The translations under genes and the position numbers were made by a program. Below the pieces are notes generated by a model. That model was not told the DNA's origin. It made no database searches and was given only the letters and a program-made list of their open reading frames with translations. From assembly GCA_965645245.1 (NCBI GenBank), contig OZ287084.1:620001-684000 (forward strand): a stretch of DNA of 64,000 nt. The letters run 5' to 3'. This document shows positions 61,901-64,000 of the stretch, in pieces; the stretch's first letter is position 1; every line of letters begins with the position of its first letter. The DNA comes from Massalongia carnosa. Lineage: Eukaryota.

Positions 61901-63111
61901 ATCCTTCGTATTTTGGACTTTCACATTTGTCTTCTTACCAACTAAACGGTGTGTGTGTATATACCAAGTACGGGCAGGAACGTCACAATCCCTCCCTTCT
62001 ATAGTCTCTCTTTATCCACTCAATGCCGCTCTCGACCTCCCCGTGCCCCTTTTTCGCGACACTAGGAAGACTCGCGTTTCTCATGGTATTTTGATTGAAA
62101 CCTTCTCCAGCCTTCCTCTACGTTATGCATATGCTATATCTATAATTGAGTTCCTTCCCAGCCTTCTTCCACGTTTTACAAACATTATATTTATAGTTAA
62201 CCCTATTTCGTCTGCCTCAATTCCTTTCGTTCCGATACCATCGATGACTTTTTCGCTCCCATCCAAACAATCTCTTCTAACCTCTTCCTCTCCTAGTCTC
62301 TCATCACCATTTTCACTTGCACTTTCCCCCTCTTGTCTCCAGTGGTATACAATCCTCGCTTGCCAGTCATTCTTAGGAATATATTATGATTCGCCCTCTA
62401 TCGAAACCCATTGTGAACCGTTACACCATACTTTTTTTCGCTTGTGGATTTTTCCTTCATCTCCAGGCGCTTTTCATCCCTGCTACAAAACTATCTCCAC
62501 TGCATACCTCCTATCCTCAGCCTCCCGTCCCACCATCAAATATTCATTACTACAAATTAGAGCGCTTATTCTTGGTCTAACACGTAGAACTCTATCACTT
62601 TCAAATCGGGAAATACCAAGGTACCACCTTCCTGGGCTATTCGTTAGCTACAGGCACATCAACGATAAGTTCCCTAGGACGTTTGACCACTTCGAAGTCA
62701 CATTTAATCAGTTAAGTGCTATTACATTCAGGTTGATGCGGGAGATTTGCCTAAGAACTTCGTGGTTGGACCTCGGTATATTGTATTGGAGCTTTCTATT
62801 TTGTGACGTATTCCGGTATTTTTTCCGAGATGAGAAAGGAATGAATGAACATTCTTTGTTCGTTTGTGATGTTCGACCTGGCCAGTTTCTTTGTTGTTTG
62901 AGATGTATTGCACCGTTTCTTCGAGACTGTACCTTGTAACTTTCGAAGCCTAAAAAACCGGAAGATGTAAATATTAGCATCACTAATTATCTCCACAAAC
63001 CAAACCATTCATAAACAACCCATTTCAATTGTCCTATCTCTCCCCCAACTAAACCTCTCCAAAAATCCACACGAAAAACCCCTTTATTTCCCCAAGAATC
63101 CTTAACCAACC

Positions 63112-63564
63112 ATGTGCACCGGTACCTATAGCCACCACGCCTGCAACTGCTTCATCGGCTACTCGATCGATCACTGCCGCCTCTTCCGCAACAACGAGCC
63201 CTGCACCACCCGTGACGACAACTTGATCGTGGGCGAGTGGTGCCAGATGTGTCAGATCGGCGACGGCGACTTTGGTGAGTTTTTCGAGGGGTTCGAGGGG
63301 TTTATCACGGAGGCGGACCTCGTGTATGGGGACGAGAAGAATAGGGGAAAGGATCGTAGGGAAGAAGAAGAAGGAGGAGGGGTTGAGAGAGCAGAGCATG
63401 TCTACAGTGAGCGCGGTGAGAGGTTTACGAGATGGATGGAGGGCGAAGGGGACGAGGAAGGGGAACGTTCCATTAGCGAAGAGACCTTCACGAGGTGGGC
63501 TGAGGAGGAGGTGGCACAGGGGGCAAATTTTGCCAGGGTGGAGGACGAGGACGAGAACAGTTAG
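63112..63564 (+). CDS. Small Cys-rich protein with acidic tail, 150 aa
   Basis: MC-x8-CNC-x8-C-x6-EPC-x12-CxxC, good start context (aaccATG), an acidic tail with a repeated ExFTRWxE motif and a paralogue at 47251. Confidence 0.7.
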   Translation: MCTGTYSHHACNCFIGYSIDHCRLFRNNEPCTTRDDNLIVGEWCQMCQIGDGDFGEFFEGFEGFITEADLVYGDEKNRGKDRREEEEGGGVERAEHVYSERGERFTRWMEGEGDEEGERSISEETFTRWAEEEVAQGANFARVEDEDENS

Positions 63565-64000
63565 CACATTCAGTCTGATTCTTTGACGTATGGGAAGCTG
63601 TCATTTTCCTTGTTGGAGGAGGAGAGAGAGGGAGAGGTGCATTATTAGATGGCAAGTCCGGTCTGCCGGAGGAGCAGTCGACCCCGGATTTCTTTTCTTT
63701 TCCATCCCATTCTACCTTGTCGTCTTGTTCCCGAGTCTCCGGGTAGATGAGAGGGGGCTTTGTGGGGGGGGTGGGGGGTTTTTTCTTAGCCATGTCTGGT
63801 ATATATGAAGTGTATCCGATCTTCGAGATTTTCGTTCTTCCCCCCCGGGGGGTGCAGACGGAACTAGAGGAGCCCCATCCCTTCTTAAATCTCGTCAAAT
63901 CCCAAGTTTTTCTCCTTTTCTGTTTCCTGGGAGGAGGGGAGGGGAACGCTTCGCGAGTTCCCCTCCCCTCCTCCCCCCACCTTCTTCAATTTAGGGAACA

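Overview
This is intron-containing fungal DNA (Pezizomycotina). Gene content and composition suggest a Lecanoromycete or Eurotiomycete, but that is inference. About 14 protein genes can be modelled by hand from GT-AG introns. They are an ER DnaJ (SCJ1), a propionyl-CoA synthetase-like ligase ending in -AKL, Ras2, a HAD type II hydrolase, a Num1/ApsA-type PH protein, a ccg-6-like GPI wall protein, mitochondrial SHMT, a BRCT protein, the APSES regulator StuA and several hypothetical or small proteins. Two dead transposons (a LINE 3' fragment and a 724-bp TIR element with an 8-bp TSD), microsatellites and a dispersed TAC(A/G)GAGTA motif lie between the genes. Three observations stand out. (1) stuA has a 178-codon, AUG-free, in-frame N-terminal extension behind a single UGA; a putative spliced uORF is in frame with it, which suggests a long/short isoform switch. 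(2) Both transposon relics are almost free of GG, and in the LINE the Trp codons have become TGA, pointing to CpC-directed rather than canonical CpA-directed RIP-like mutation. (3) Two unlinked small genes share an MC-x8-CxC-x8-C..EPC-x12-CxxC motif and an acidic tail. All coordinates and counts were derived by eye; no searches were run.
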